The notes under the pieces are model-generated. The model saw only the letters and a program-made list of their open reading frames with translations, searched no databases and was not told the origin of the DNA. A stretch of DNA of 64,000 nucleotides from the human T2T-CHM13v2.0 reference genome, Homo sapiens, in NCBI RefSeq assembly GCF_009914755.1, contig NC_060947.1. One strand, 5' to 3'. The translations under genes were made by a program, and so were the position numbers. Positions 61,668 to 64,000 of the stretch are shown here, one piece after another (position 1 is the first letter of the stretch; each line of letters starts with the position of its first letter).

Positions 61668-62093
61668 AGTTCTGAGACTTATGAGGATCTGTGAGATAAA
61701 ATGATTTTCCTAATAATTCTACAAAATTATTTGCCATTTTCATTCCCATTCTTTTATTGTGTAAAGTAGAGTTTTTCAAAGGTTATAAGATGTGTTGTGT
61801 CACAACAGACTGAATGCAGAAGCAGATTGAGAACCTAGCTGTCCTCTATTAAGCTAAACATTAAGGGGATTTGCAAAATTAGAAACAATATCACTCTTCT
61901 TACTGTTTTTAGATATATAAATATTTTTCATAAAATTTTATACATATTACCATATAATGGATTTTTGTTACTATTTTTAAATAAATTCATATTGACTGAA
62001 AAGTTATTATCAGTTTTAAACAAAAGCTCTTTGAGCTTCTCAATAAGTTTTGAATGTAAAGAAGTCCTGAGAGCAAATGTTTCAGAATTGCTG
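61668..62093 (+). mobile_element. MER119/Charlie1-type hAT DNA transposon remnant
   Basis: CAACAGACTGAATGCAGAAGCAGAT...CTATTAAGCTAAACATTAAG...CAAAAGCTCTTTG...GTCCTGAGAGCAAATGTTTCAGAATTGCTG terminal repeat. Confidence 0.72.
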
Positions 62094-63486
62094 GACTAGA
62101 TTACCTTGTAAGTCTTGTTCAGCTAAAATTTTCTGTATCTTTCTGACTCCAGCAGAACAGACCACTGTGTCAGGCCCATAAATACTGTTTCAATCATGAT
62201 TTTTATTGCTTTGCCCATTAATTTTCAAAAAGCTGAAAAACACTGTATAAAGGAGAAGCTCTTGATTTTTTTATCTGTAGGAAACTGACTACAGTGTTAG
62301 CTTTTTAAATCTCTTCTCTTTATGCTTCCAACTTTCCTCCTGTTAAGTCTCCTTTCTCCCTCTTCTTCTATTCAGTGTATTGGGTAGTTTCTTATTTGAT
62401 ATTTGTGGGCTGCATATAAAATCAATTGAAATGTAAGCCCCCATAGGGAAATTCTTCTCAAAGAAAGGACAAATCATGAAAAAAGGCCCCTTCTGGACTT
62501 TTGTAATCTTTAACGCCTTGTCAGAATTCATAGATTTATTATGTATTCTCTAAGGAGAAAAGCACTACGTGGAAGAATGAATAGTTAAAGGAATACATTG
62601 TATTTTCTTAACTCTAAATATGTGAATATCTTAATATATAATATGTGTAATTCTATAATTTGATAAATGAAATAATTTGGTATATATACATATATATATA
62701 ATCTTGAGTTTATATGTATTAAGTGCACAGTATTCACTGCAATTGCTTATCTAACTTCAACGTTTGTGAAATGTCCTACTATGTGTCTATGAGTACACAG
62801 TGCTTTGTATCAGTGTCAAATGAATATGCATGCATGCAAATTCAAAAAGAGCATCTTGCTAGTTTCTTCTAGTATGGTGGTTCTTCTCAAGTTTTAACTT
62901 ATCCTATAATGCTTCTCTTTTAGCCAAAATGGTAAACTAATTAAAGTAGCATGATATAAGAATACACAGATATTACCACCATCTATAGGCAAATTATTAA
63001 ATTTAGTTTTTAAAATAAAAAATATCAAGATGTCTTTGGCTGTCTAAAGACCTCTTTATATATCTTGATACAGTGCAACTGTTCGATGATATCATACTAT
63101 CAGAGCAGCTTATAGAGAACTTCTAATCTAATACCTCGATTCCTATGTGAATCTCTTTTACAACATCCACTGTCAACACAAATAACAATTAATAATTATA
63201 CTTAGGATGTCTATAATTTACATCCAGTTAAACAACAGCAAAACTTATCTCTAGCCATTACCATGTGAAAATTATAAAATAATAAATTACTATCCAGTGA
63301 TGACTACTATTGTTAAGCAGGCTTTGAGTACAGAGGGCACAAAGAACATTGAGAACAAAGTTTTTATGTGAATAAATACACTTATATTAAAGTGGGAATG
63401 AATATAGACGTAATGATCTGCTGAGAGGAGGCTAAAATCATCATCTTGGCAAAAAAAAAATATTTCATCAAGTCTTGACACATTCC

Positions 63487-63610
63487 AAATCTTAGGTATT
63501 GTAAATAGTGCTGCAGCAAACAAAGGAATGTAGATATCTTTTTGATATATTCATTTCCTTTCTTTTGGACATGTACCCACAAAAATTAAAATAATAATAA
63601 TAGTAATAAA
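63487..63610. mobile_element. Tiny L1MA insertion with an inverted 5' part
   Basis: Antisense ORF2-end sequence (ATTGTAAATAGTGCTGCAGCAAAC...) joined to a sense L1MA terminus ATGTACCCACAAAAATTAAAA plus A-rich tail. Confidence 0.55.
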
Positions 63611-63694
63611 ACATTTGGCACATTCCTCACTCATGCTTAGCCTTAAGAAACCTGTAAAGAAATAACACAACAACATCAGGTCATTTCATTTAGA

Positions 63695-63913
63695 ACATTT
63701 TTGCTAGCATTTAATTTTCCACAGTGTACCAAGCACCATGTTAGGCACTTTTCATATGTTATCTAATTTAATTCTCATAATTTTCTTAAAAGGTTGTTAT
63801 TAGTATTCCCATTTTACAGTTGATGGAACTATGATTCACAGTAAGTAAATGACTTATCCAGTGCCACTCAGTTAGTAAGGGGCAGAACTGGGATTCAAAT
63901 CCATCCTGTTTGA
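63695..63913 (-). mobile_element. MIR
   Basis: GTGTACCAAGCACCATGTTAGGCACTTT...CCCATTTTACAGTTGATGGAACT...AAGTAAATGACTTATCC...GGCAGAACTGGGATTCAAATCCA. Confidence 0.82.
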
Positions 63914-64000
63914 GGAACAAAAGATAGTCTTCATGTTATTTATATGTAGCTTTTGAACATGTTATCATTTATACCAATATGTCCCAGTTCTTTGTACAAT

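Noticed and set aside
61000-63480. Hidden exons in the unique AT-rich sequence (also 540-1700)
   Set aside because: No convincing splice-site-bounded open frame or recognisable protein similarity.

Overview
This is human genomic DNA (an AluYb8-type insertion is present): AT-rich, with no recognisable protein-coding exons, and mostly layered retroelements (L1MA/L1PB/L1PA LINEs, Alu/FLAM SINEs, MER9, THE1D, MLT2A, LTR1, MER67 and MLT1 LTRs, hAT remnants). The long ORFs in the track are L1 ORF1/ORF2 fragments or antisense noise. The standout is a ~4.2 kb retrocopy of the lncRNA NORAD (LINC00657) at 11753-15965 on the minus strand. It has a complete 5' end, a probable cap-derived G, ten repeat units with covarying hairpins, 13 canonical PUMILIO response elements, an internal AluSc, an A-tail and a 17-bp TSD, and it inserted tail-to-tail into the 3' TSD of a full-length L1MA. 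Other points of note are an open L1PA4 ORF0 fused in frame to a neighbouring L1 RT fragment, a 147-bp apparent gene-conversion tract between two nearby L1PAs, and several nested, twin-primed or deleted L1 structures. The NORAD identification and all repeat subfamily names come from recalled sequences, not a database search. Boundaries of old repeats are approximate.
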